DNA from: Ophelia neglecta
Lineage: Eukaryota
Assembly (NCBI GenBank): GCA_965285935.1
Contig: OZ260663.1
Coordinates: forward strand, 14,074,001 to 14,138,000
Length of the DNA: 64,000 bases
Direction: 5' to 3'
Shown piece after piece: positions 15,461-28,700 of this stretch (positions are counted from its first letter, which is position 1; each line of letters opens with the position of its first letter). The notes below the pieces were generated by a model that had not been told where the DNA came from, did not search any database, and saw only the letters and a program-made list of their open reading frames with translations. The position numbers and the translations under genes are program-made.

Positions 15461-16250
15461 GAACGCAGTGTCTGCTTACTTATCAGGCTTTATAGCTACA
15501 AATAAACTTTTTAGACTCGAAGAAACATTGCAATACAACGGGACATGCATTTCTGCCGCTTGGCGAAATACACCAGATGTTACAGAGGCAAGTATTCAGT
15601 CTCAAGCTTCATTGGTTCACTTAACATAGTTTATTGCACTGACGACAGGGTGTATAGGCAAGATCCCATTGTATGGACCTTAACTTAATCCATTTGTCAT
15701 GTGAGTATGGTGTAGCATCACGCCTACGAAATGGTCCGTGCTATACTTTATAGAGTATATTTCATTTTCCTCCCACGTTTTTCTGATAATTTCGGACTGA
15801 ATTGATGAGAAATTCTTCATTAAGGATTTCGACGTATCTTCGGGTTGGCACAACATATTGTTCAAGGCGGTTTTGCCACGTCCATCTTAACCCACATGAT
15901 TGCCAATCATGTATTTACCATTAGACTACATATCATGTGTTATCTATCGCTGATGCTGGTGACAGGTAATTTGCTTTCTATAATTGAAATGTTTTCTCTT
16001 AGAAAGTTGGGGGAAGAGCCTCATGCTTTAAAGCTATGCTCATAGTAGACCGGATTGTTAAAATATATTGAATGATCGAAAATTCGTATTATGTTATGAT
16101 TGTTTGAACGTGATAACATCGTTTGCTATTCAATTCACCCACGATACGTAAACAATATGTTTCGTAGACGTTCATAAACTATCATTGGCTAAATAGTCGA
16201 TGCAGTCCTCAGCTGGTACTAACAACTTGTGGTATCGTTCCATCATAACG

Positions 16251-16764
16251 ATTATTATTATTATTTAATATTATTATTATTATTCGTAGCATTTTTATAG
16301 CGCTTTTACATGTCAGCTCAAAGCGCTTCACAACACAACAAGGGATTAAAAAAAGGTTGATCACGCGCAAATATAAAAATAGTCTGACAATAAATACGAC
16401 TAAAAATGTACACAATAGTTCAAATGAACTAGTCAAATGCACATTTAAAATAGTGAGTCTTAAGCCTAGATTTAAACACTGTGACCGATGAACTAGATTT
16501 TATATTAATTGGGAGGGAATTCCATAGTTTGGGAGCGCCAGTGGAAAACCTCCGAGCACCATATGTTACTGTTCTTGATCTTGGAATGACCAGAAGTAAA
16601 TTGTCATTAGACCTTAAGTTTCTCTGAGACTTGTATGGTTTGATCAAGTCTGATATATATTCTGGTGCTAAACCATTCAGGGCCTTATACACAAGAAGGC
16701 AGACCTTGAAATTAATTCTGTACTGAACAGACAGCCAGTGTAATTCACGGAGAACAGGAGTCAT
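16251..16764 (-). mobile_element. 5'-truncated L2/Crack (CR1-group) LINE, 3' end
   Basis: ORF2 C-terminus TPVLRELHWLSVQYRINFKVCLLVYKALNGLAPEYISDL...LRS...APKLWNSLP...FKSRLKTHYF (stop at 16429). 3'UTR has an AAGCGCTTTGAG...AAGCGCTATAAAAAT motif and an (AAT)n tail. Confidence 0.92.
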
Positions 16765-19700
16765 CTTACATCTGTATCCAGACCCGGTAAGCATTCCAGG
16801 CTCCAAGAATCTTTCCTTGTTATCCACTGCTATGATCTTGCATTGCTACGGCGTGGGCTTTGTGATCCGGTGTTATGCTCACATATCACTCGTTGCTATC
16901 TCCGTTTAGCACCCAGTAATTGTATGGAGGTGCTAAAAGGGCGTTTGAGAGATTCACAGCCATTCAATCCATGATACTCCGGCCCATGCACTCTGCTTTC
17001 AAGGCCGCTTGGAACACGACTGGTATTAAACTTCGACCAAGCATTAAAGCCCCGGTATTTGGAGGGCAGTGCTCCATTGATGCATGGATGGAAAAAATGA
17101 ACGGATTAAGATTGTTTTTGCCATCACTGTGTGATTATCTGCTTGGCATCTCATATGCTTTTTAGTCAATACACCAGGGCAATTAATTTGACAAGTTGCC
17201 TGACAAACTTCTGGATTACCGCAACCGTTCATGTTACTAATCTAGCGCACGTTGATCTAAACTGAGTTGCAAGGCGCTTATATTGAAATAATCCAATCGA
17301 TAACAAACGTCAAGGCTTCGAAATCGGAAGCAATGGAAGAATGTGCCATATTGCAGCTCATGTAAAGCCGTAGGTGTACCTGCGCGGTGTTTGCAATCGG
17401 TTTCTCAAAACATTCGAAGTTCCACTCAAATGTGTGAACATTTGCATGTATTAAATTAATGTTAAATGTGGTTTATTTATTATAGTGCGATCCAAACAAC
17501 TGAAAATTTCTTTTAATGTTAACGGAAAAAGCAGTTAATACTAATTGAAGATATGATATTTTACCAACCTTTTTTTTTAATTGACTCGTGTGTGGTGTTT
17601 TTCGCTCTAGACAAATAGTTTCGAAAAGTTCAGTGAACTGATATATAGTATTATTAAATTTTATTTAGCAAAATGGATAAAGTCCCCAGTATCGTTGGGC
17701 TAGGTGGGTGGTTCTGCCAGCGTTGTGGGTTAGAGTACCAGCCAATACAACAAACTCCTTTGAAATTATTATTTATTAACGGGGAACGTTGTGGCAATAT
17801 ATATGGCTTGTAAATCCATATTAATGCTTGGCCAAAAGACGCAATCCCTTAGGCATTGCCTTTTAGAGCTTCATAATTGTAAACGACACCAAAGAGCCAC
17901 CAGCATATTCATCATTTGCATCATATGTGGGTTGTCAGAAAAACGTGTCTGTGTCAATTTTAATATTTCCGACTCTAATTGTAGGCAAGAATATTCCTAT
18001 TTCAGCAGTCAAAGAGAGTATCCTCGCTATGAAAGAAACCTTGTTTCATTCATTTTTGGTCCAAGCGTATTCCGATGATTTAGTCATTTTCAATTTTCCA
18101 TTAACTCATTGCTACTTGAGATTTTGTTCTCCCAATACTCTTAATAGGAAATGGAAAACAGACTGGATATCTTGGCAGCACACAAAATTATGCGGAAGGT
18201 ATGCCCGGTAACGTATTTTATGTCACTTTCTGGTGACACAATGAATTATGTAGTATGTAAAACTGTGTACATCAAAAGGTAACGACCCCATTAATCTATT
18301 AAGAAATCAGGACAAAATGTTCGGCATAAAGTAATGTATCGGTTTTTGATTTACGACTATGGCGAGATACTTTGCCACTTAAGCCAGTGATGGTGATTGA
18401 AAAACAGAAACATTCTCTGGGCAGGTTTTTTTCTGATAAATATATACATCAGTGGAGTATAGGTGACACGATCTTAAAGTCAAATAGACATTATAGTGCG
18501 TTGTATTCTGGTGCCTCTAGAAAGCTCAGCATGAATGGTTGCACATAAGCAAATTTTTGCTAAAATAAAACAGCTGCTCATTTGTAAATTTAACCTATAT
18601 AGATTAACGAAATGTGACCCGACCTAATTTCCAAGTGATGCCCAGCCGACTGGTAAGACAGCTCGTATAAATGGCCAGAGACCTCAGTTTAAAAGGGAGC
18701 TATGACTCCATGAACCTTAATACAAGAGACTCTATTAGGGTTGACAGCTCTTTCAATAAAGTGAAAGGATCGAAAGTGATGCTGACGGCGTCCGGTACTA
18801 CTGCGGAATCAGCATGTCATGTCATTTATTTCTGTAGATGTCCTTAATAACTACTGCATGCAAAATTCCATGAGTACCACTTGAATGCATACTATAGCGG
18901 CTCTTTGCATTCAATACTATAAAGACATCTTATTCACGAACATATGGTAAGAGTGTTCGTTCGATATCTAATTATGGGTAGAAGATCATAACTTGATAAT
19001 GGTAGAAGATATTTGGAGTGCAGTCGAATTGAGTGAGATGAACGCTCAAGGTGCAGAATATGATGGCAATGCATTGCAATGACTACGGTTCCGTGCGTTA
19101 AGTCAGCCAGTTCCGTTTTTTTCTCCATGGTAAAGTTGCCATGAACTTTACAGCAATTAATACTGATGCAATTGCTAACTATGCACGTTTAGGCTATAAC
19201 TTTTAATGGATAAGTTGTGACCTTTGGGCCAAACGTAGAGAGTAGATTAAACAATTATGGGCATTAGTAGTACTTAGTAAATAGTATTTAAGATGCTACT
19301 TGCTGATTTGTTGTTCCTTGATTTCCATGGCGTAACAAAATACAGACTTGTCTTTTTTTTAATAGATCACAGCAAGAAAGCTATTAGTCACAATAGCAAA
19401 AGCAGTCCTGTTTATAATAAAGCCTGTTTCGCATTTCCAAAGTCCGGCTCCATTCACTGGTGCGTATATATACATAGTAGTATCAGGACTGGCATTCGTC
19501 CAAGAAAATATTCAACAGTATAAATCCTCGCTACTGCGAATGCTACAACAAACTTTGCTGCTGCTGCAGTTTACTACTTATCAACTCATTGCCGCTGTCC
19601 TCAATACTTCTCACAAAACCGTTACAGACAGCTTTTGCCTGGGACGCGGAGTGGTATAATGCATGAAATATGGTGCTACTGCTTAACGCCAAGTGCCGAA

Positions 19701-22700
19701 ATGCAGAAAATGGAATGTACTACTTTCTTTACATTATTAGTAGTTCTAGTAGTTCTAGTCCAATTTTCTAGTACAATTTTCGTAAGACTGTTGATTTCAT
19801 ATTACTTGATTGAGTATCCGTATGCGATTCATGTTGCTTAAATCCATAATTGGAAATTTTATATTTCATATTACCCAAGCTTAATGAATGGAGATCAAAG
19901 GAATTAAAGACAATACTGGCTTGAGCTTTTTATTTAAAAGATTGCTGAGTTTGATAGCAGTTATCTATGTTTTTCGTTAAAGATGAGTGCTGTATAAAAT
20001 AGGGATCGTGGATATAGATTGTTGATGCTCTTTTTGTTTAGCGAATGGAAATTGGCAAATCAGCAACAAGGTTTTATGCGTCTAGCTCCAGCTTTAGTCG
20101 ACCTATTTTTTTCCTGCATTATCAATATAAAAGTGTGACAAAATAAAATTCTGATGGCTTGCAAATTGATATCAAATAAAACTGTGCCCTGGTTTAAGAA
20201 TACACCGTCCACATATTATCAATAACATAGAAAAGATTATTATAAGAAATAAACTGTTTAAAACTTTTCTTTCACACTTTTATTTGATCTGTTCTACCCG
20301 AACCCGAAGAGCTAGAAGGGTTTGTCACTACACTTGTCTAACATATCTCCCCTTGAGCGCTGTCTCATAGCATAACTATACCGGGGTATTGGTCATAGTC
20401 ACTCGATTGTTCTACTGGCATCTTCCTAACGGAAATAAAGGCAAAAGATGCATTCAAAAATGTGTTCTCTCAGTCGAACATAGTAGTTTTATAGTCGTGT
20501 TAACCAAGTAGTATAGGTTGATAGAAGCATATTATTGTGAGACAAAAACTATTTGCATGTGTATTTCCCCAAATTTTACAGTCATTTGCTTCTCACCAAA
20601 TTTCAAAGTTTAACTGAGAATTTCCTACTTAACTGTCTGTGCCCCGCGTAATCACCATATTTAGCGGCCATCACAGAAAACACCATATAAAACACGATTG
20701 CAGAAACCTGATACATATACATGTTTACATAAGCCATAAGTATTCGCTAAGGAGCTAGATATTGATTTGTTTATGTGTGTGGTGCTGCAGTTGCTTCTGC
20801 CTGATGATTTCAGACCTTTTAAATGGACTATTCGTGATCAATGAGTTAGCTTTTTCCGCCGGATATACTACTCCCCTTACTCATACACCTAACCGGATAT
20901 AATACTCACCTTTTTCATACGCCTACTGTTCAGTATCGCGTCACTAGGCTGTCGAGGCCGGAAGCTTTGGGTAAATGATGTTGCAGTTAATGTCATCACT
21001 GATGGATATAAGTTGATCAAAATTTCCGCTCTGACTCGGTATGTCATGTTTTGCCTCATACAATGCAAAAAGCATGTGCACTGCATCAGAATGAAAACGC
21101 TCTTATTAGGCTTTTTTTTCTGTGTACGCTGCCATTTACACCTATCTTTTGTAAATCGTCAGCCCCTTCCATAACTTCACTAAATTGTGATCGATGTTGT
21201 TGGATACAGAATACCACTCAAGTAACTCGTTTCTAGTGAAATACCTGCTCCCATGCTCACTATACATGTACACGTCACACGCTTGCTTCTAAGCTCCACA
21301 GGGAAATACAACCAGAGAAAAGCTGTTAAAACTTTGAAATCCGAATCTCTCGCAACTATAGCTTTCTCAATCTGCTCTGCCTCTTGTAAGAGTGTCTAAC
21401 TCAGCCGAGACCGCAGGGACCCCTGTTGGCTTATTTATTCATAAGGACTGCTTAGGACTTCTTAGATTGAATGAGATAGTTCCCTGGAGACTTGTTATCC
21501 TAGTATATTATTGTTAGTTATTTTCCTCAAATAAAGGTGGGCGTATCGATGTTGTTTTTTTTTTTGGGGGGGGGGGGATTCATAAATAGGGAACATATTT
21601 TAGAAAAAAAAGGTGCTTTCCAGACATACTTATGATTAAAACAGATATTCATCATCTAGATTTTAAAACAACGAAGGAAGTTACTAGATCGAACCCTGCC
21701 AACAGTGTGACACATTATCAAATATATCCCAAAGTACATCTGTTTATGAACATTGTTTTAGCTTGCTTCAATTTGGCGAATTTTCTACATAGTGAAGCAT
21801 GATTGGTTTTGATATCGTCCGTAATATGACGATACAGATTATACGTATGCCAATTTAAGGCAATACTTCTGATTGTCTATAAATTTCTTTGGAAAGATTA
21901 TGTAGATTGATTGCTTTTAAATACGCCCAGAAATGGCCTAAAAAGACATATTAATGAATAAATTGTTAGCCATTGTGGTTTTTATATTTAAAGAACTGCC
22001 CGTTGACTTTTTCCTACCTCATCGTGTGTCCTCGAACGTATCATACAGCGCTTACTTTAGGACGACACAATTTTATCGTGTATTCCTTTTCTGCCTGAAC
22101 TGCAACATTTGATAGACTTTCTATCTACCTTACTTATTAATGCATTGAAAAAATAATAGCAGTGCTCTTTAATCAAAACCAGTGTATTTTCTATGACTTG
22201 ATTTTAAGCAATCACACCATCCTACACTTACGGTCTCTATCTTTTGCCAGTGAGAAATCGCCCTATACGGATGCCAAGAGGATAAAAAAATACACATTCA
22301 CTACATCATTTAAGACCATGCTTGGAGAAGGCGAAAGGCTCATTAACGTGATTTAGGTGTTTTTACGTTTATTGGCGAGCATGCTTCATTCTGACTCTAT
22401 TAATATAATTGCTGCCTGAGAAGCAATTATTGTGATAGAGCTAATATTAGTTCCTTTTTCTTAATTTTGATTTTTACTTGTTTGAAATGAATGTAACATG
22501 GTTATGGAACCATTCACTTGTCACAATTGTAAATAGCAATTACGCTTCGTATTTGCTTCTGATAACAACAACTCCAAGCACGATCATGACTATCAATTTT
22601 GCGTTCATAAATTATATATATTTTTAGACTTTCGTTGGAACCAAATCACACCTTGTTTCGACGTTTTTGCTGGGACGCACGTGAGGAAAAATGTTTTCTT

Positions 22701-25700
22701 TTTATCAAATGAATCTAGCTAATTCATATTGATGTCGGATTTGGAAGAATTTCGGATATCTCCTCTAAGTAGATATTTAAGTAAAAGGTTTTTTCTAGAA
22801 ACTTGTGAATGGACACAAATAATTTTCAGCATGATTGCAATGTTTGGTCTTTCCAAAAATGATGTTCAGCCGGGTTGTGGTTTCTGATCTTCATAAAAGA
22901 AGTAATTTAAAATCCCTGTCAAAGAAAAAAAACAAGTATTGTCCTGTGCTGAAAATGTTCATGAAAAGAAGTCACGCAATGTAGGTTTTTTTTTTCAAAA
23001 TGTTTCCTGTGCCATTTTGTTATGCGTTGTCATGATTTAATCAGCTCTATTGACCGAATAAAATGGCAAACTTAAATAAAGCCTGGTTGATATGTATCAG
23101 CATACAAGTGGCAATAACCGTTCTTTTATGAAAACACAAGGCAGTGTAACGAACTGCTGCCGCCATCCACCTGAGATTCAATATATGAATGATTGGAGTT
23201 GTGCCCAGAATGCTAAAGATATTTTTTTTCCTGGCCTTTTTGCAGCAAAGAAAATACTGAATTTTGCATTTCAGTCGTAAAATATATTGAACTTACTGTT
23301 ACCATCTGGAAATTTGCACCAAAAGGTCCACGATGTGTACAAAAAGGCGAGTTAATGATATGGTCAAGCATCAATAAGCAAGTGTTACGTTAAGTACTGA
23401 GTACTTTATGTCTTTAGGCAATTGTTTATATCGGTAAACATTACTGATTTAGACGTAAATCAACATTTACTTATGAAGAGATTGGTTCCTAATTCTTGCA
23501 CTGTAATCAAGCTGACGCCTGCAAGAATACGGGGTCGTTTATTCCAGGATTTTTGATATAACAGGCATATACCGGGAAAAACAGGCGAGTTTGTAGTTTG
23601 AGTCGTCTATGCCCGTATACACTTGTTTGAGGTTCGTATGCGGGCCGTATGTGTCATTCACATTAACGAAATAATAAAGATCATTGTCTACTTTTTAAAG
23701 AAAACTGTATTTGGTACAAAATGCTTCTGAAAAAAACAAACTCATTAGTTGAAATATTTATTAGAAGCGGAAAAGACACCGACAATAACCTATAATCCGC
23801 CAACCAATCAATTCTTCAAGCGGCTTCAGGTGTTTTGCCACAAAGTTCTAGTCTCAGCTCTATAATTTAAAACACACATTGGGAGATGCGATGGCTGTCA
23901 ACGACTCAAAGTTATCAGAATTTTCTTTATCTCCAACATGCTAACAGGGAGGACAAGAAATAGAAGCATAGGGGATTAAAAGTATTAGAATTACGGTCGA
24001 TTGACTAGGTAATGCCGCCCATTTATACTGTGTTACAGTCCTTTCAAATTGTTCCTTATCCGGCCTGTGGAGATAAGACCACATGTATCAGTGTATTACT
24101 TATACAAGCATATGGTTTGGGCAATCCATAGCAAATGGTGACTTACCGCGAAGGGAAGCGTGATGTCGCAGGCAAGTTGTGTCATATTGTGTTGCTGCTA
24201 ATCCGTAAACTTACGGTAGCCTGTTCCACCTAGCAACATGCTTTGATGCTGGTTTGCGCCATTTTGCAGAATGGCCTAATGACGTGACGCTAAGTGTCTA
24301 TTCCAATTAACTTTGGTGAACAGCAGTGGTCGAGATTACGATCAGATAGACACTTTCAACTATCTATCTGACAAGTGGCCCAAAGCTACACGAGAATCTT
24401 ACACCTCCGCATTCGAGCCAAAGGCCATTGTTACTAGATATATCTTACTATTAGTAGAAGCATTTACAAGTAAATAAACAACCCACCCGGAAAATAAAAT
24501 AAAATGCTCTACGCGTTGCTAAGTCTTCGTACATTCGGCAATGATGTTTTTTCAGTACATGTTGCATGAGCTTACAGTTTTCTCGCTTGAGAACGGTTGG
24601 CTGATTTTTATTTAAGTGACATCAATTTTGATTTTTACTTTAAAGTCGGAGAAAAGGTGGTTTATGTTTGTTGGTCTGCAGCGGACAGTTTCTATTTAAT
24701 TTGGGCCGTTGGTTATCTAGTTCTCGACTTCATGGTAATACCTTTTGCTTCTACTATATAGTGTATACCTTCTACGATAAGGTTGGTCGCGGAACAAAAA
24801 TTTACAACCCTTGTTTTTAGACGCGTGAACAAATATAGGCCTACCAATGCTATATTTTATCAATGATACCGTTAGTGGTTTAGACTGCCAATGTTCATAT
24901 GGTAGGACATTATTTACCATTGTATTGAGTAATCAATTTTTCAGATTATCTGCTGTTGGTCCGTTGATTCATTTTGTCGTTTTATCGTGTCAGACGATCC
25001 CACATTTGTACTTAACGGAAATACACTAGGCGGCGAACAGCAGGAATTGAGCGAGCGTAATAATACAAAACGGTTATAACGTCGGCCACAGGCGACAGCA
25101 GACAAAGACTGGTCTCGCCCGTTATCCAGACCTGTTCATGCAAGCGATAACAGGCATGTGTTGCATTTGGAATCTCGCAACAACCTTATATGTTTGACAG
25201 TTCACATTAAAACTATTGTGATATAAATAAGTGAAGTATTTTTAAACTGACGCATTGGGATTGTAAAAATTGATACGTTTGCATTCTCGAGCGTAGACAA
25301 ATGTTCTCTTGTGTCCCTTATTTCATACTTTAACCAATTTATATTTAATTTTCCACTTATTTGCCAAAATTCAAATTTACTGAGATGAATTATTATAACT
25401 AGTTAGCAGAACACTTGTAGGACTTTAAGTTTAACATTGTGTTTAATAGCAATTGTACATTCTCCTAGATGTTTGTTATATGTTTGCTGCTTATTATATT
25501 ATATTATTTTACTCCGTATGTCTGATACACGGACCGGTCTATTTTATGTAATTTTTTCATCCAGTGAATAAAACCAATTAACAAACTTTCCGTGACTAAA
25601 TAAAGGGATAAAGTTTTTTTATAGCTATAGCGCTAAAAAGTTATACCTCTAACTTTGGGTACAGGACATTATCAGGTACAATAATATGGGGAACATTAAA

Positions 25701-28700
25701 TCGGAGGGGGGGGGGGGGGGTTCAAAGCAATAAATTAGCCCTCAGAAGTAATTGCCAACAAGATTAGTGAAAATAACAAAGCTTCACGAGGGGAACACAT
25801 CCATGCTTTCAATAAGGAAAGAACAATTGCTTTACTTGGATTTTTTCTCTCGCTACAAATGCGTTCCGAGCCATACGGTTACCGTCGATTGCTACTCTAA
25901 TCACACTTCGTGGTATTAATTAATGATGCAGGGCGATATAGTATGTCACCCATGATGGTAATTTACTTGGGTAAAAGTCGGCAAGGAAACATTTCATCAA
26001 GTTAAGTGTCTCCTTTGGTCCACAACACTGTCAATTTTATGTGTGTTTGCTAAGAATTTACGTCAACCGTAGTTGTAAAACATGTAATTGGCTTATAGCT
26101 ACTACTAAGCTTGTTACTGGTAGTGTAATTACCGCCTTTACTTCCTCGTGAATTACGTATCGGTAAAATCTTAATACATTGCTTCATTGGGTACAGATGG
26201 AGGTTAAAGTGGTCATAAATGGATCGATATGAATTTTAGATAAAATGGTACTGTCACATTGTTCATTGTGAGGGTCCAACTCATTAATTGCGAGACTGGG
26301 CAATAAATATGATATGCATTCCACTTAGACTACTCTTCCTTTCCTGTGTTCAGTTAGCAGCATTAGGTGTTTTTCACCCATGTTTTAACCACTGAATTTG
26401 ACCTTTTCGCATGCAGCAATAACCTTGTCGGTCATTCTCAAACGGCATTTTCATTATAAATCAGGCAATGCATTGGGTAAAAGTATAAAATGCTTTTAGT
26501 AGTATATGTCAAGCTTTTCAACATTGTCTTCAACTGCACTTAATTATTAAAGGTGACGATTTATATTGTACATGTAAAAAATGTCATTGCTGTTGGTCAG
26601 CAATGCCTTGTTCCCCTACTCCGTGTTGATAGTGTTTCGATACTACTTGCGGCAATGCTACAGAACGGGGCTAGATACCTGGGAGACAAAGCATAATCGA
26701 ATCGTTAGCTTATTGCCCATTAGCAAAAACATTTTATCAGTACAAAGTGAATCTATTGATAGTAGATCCATTTCATAGTTTACAAGCTACACTGAGTGTA
26801 TTTAAATTTAATATATTTAGACTGTTACAACAATTGAATGTTGAGGTGGATAACGGTATCATAATTCATGCAAGTGTATAATCACAAAAAACATATTTAA
26901 AATCCATTGCAACTTGGGTTAGAACATTGGCACTTTGATTATTGTGTATTAATTTTGTGAATTTACTCAATGCCCTAAGGCAAATCTTGTTGCAATTTGA
27001 AAGGAGTAGGTATAGGAATTAGTGCCATGTTTCTAATATGTATCTACTGTACAGTTTTGTATCCTCAAACAACGAGAATGGGCATTGTAAAGCGGGAATG
27101 AATATATTCTTATATCAATTGCCATGAATTACGTTATTGCTATTGTCGCTTGCTGAATCTAATTTCAGTTGGCAGCATGCCCGGTGCAGTTCGTTATTGT
27201 TTCAATCAACAGATTCATGAATGACGCCTCGGGCGAAATGTGTCGGCTACATGTCATACTGTTTCAGAGTGCATACCGATGTTAGCAGAATAATTGTTAT
27301 GCTACTCTAGAGCAAATATAGGCACTATGTTTCATTGAATCACATTGCCCGGTTTGTGTTGAAAGCTCCCAGTGAAAACCATAATTAATTATCAATAATA
27401 TTATCTAATCTAGGCTTCAATTACATGAACTAATTTGCTGCAGGCTCACAAATATCAATTCTAAGTTCACTTACCTTAACTAACTAACTTAGATAAACCA
27501 ATTTACAATAGAAATAATTGAATTGATATTACTTTTCCTGAGAATTATTCGACCGTTTTCGATGGTCCGATTCACATCAACCAATTGTCAACCTGGGACA
27601 AATAAGAAATACGCCCTAAGAACTCTAACGAGCTAAATTCAAAATGGGATCTTCGATCACATGCCATTCATCCATTTCTTCTGAAGATATTGGATCATCC
27701 GCCACTTTCAACAGCTAGAATTGTATTCCCAATACTTTCTATATTGATTTATTAAGAGGGAGGCCATTTCGTTTCAGTACGAAGGCGGGAACTTAAATTC
27801 GTATCTGTGTAACGTATCTGAACTCCTTTGTCGCAGGTTTTACAGTATGTGGCTCTTAAACACTGATCACCTGTTAATAATTATTAATGCTATAAATAAA
27901 CACACTATTGATTTGATATTTGATATCACTAAAAAGATGAATTCGCCAAACGTTTATCATGTAGCCAGTTAGCAGCCTTAACAAAGGAGTCCTTTGGAAG
28001 TATCATACAGATAAAATATGTCAACCAAGCAATGCATAATAGATATTTTTTGTCCTGATACATCGCCCATTTTTTAGCAACGGCGAAATTTCAATTCGCT
28101 CAAATAGAAAGATATATAGTCCAAGAAAAAAAATCAGCTTCCCTCGAAAGTATCCTCGTTCATAATACGCCAATATAACATTGAACTCACCCAAAGTCAA
28201 CACCAGAGAAAACCTGACATCCAATCTGTCTGAGCGAATCTCGTGCTATCCGGATTGCCAACACGAATGCTACGTATTTGGTATCCGAATCACGAGCACA
28301 TTCATCGTGAACGCGATGAAACTGAACAGATGAAATTGACGTTTAGATTAAAGCGGAATAATTGCATGTCAATGGGAATTGCCTTTATGCTCAATGTTCG
28401 TACTCAATGGCGTGCTCTTTTATATGTTTCCTGCATGATCGCGGCTTTAACTTCTACAACGAATGCGGAACTCGCATGTAGGATATCCGCAAACACTGAA
28501 TTGAATGATAAAGAAACAATATTTGCTAAAACCTTTCTTTGTTTTAGCGAATCTGCATTTGTCGTCGGTTTTCTAGAGCAATGCGGATTATGTTTCATAT
28601 TTTAGGCTTGCTCTTTGGTAAGCTATATGTTATATGCAAACTATTTATAACTTGGCATTGGCAAATAGTGTCAGAATCATCAGATCACACTCGGTTTCAA

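Noticed and set aside
28591-28623. 12-nt microexon (TTTTAG|GCTTGCTCTTTG|GTAAGC)
   Set aside because: Plausible signals but expected by chance in AT-rich DNA; no supporting context.
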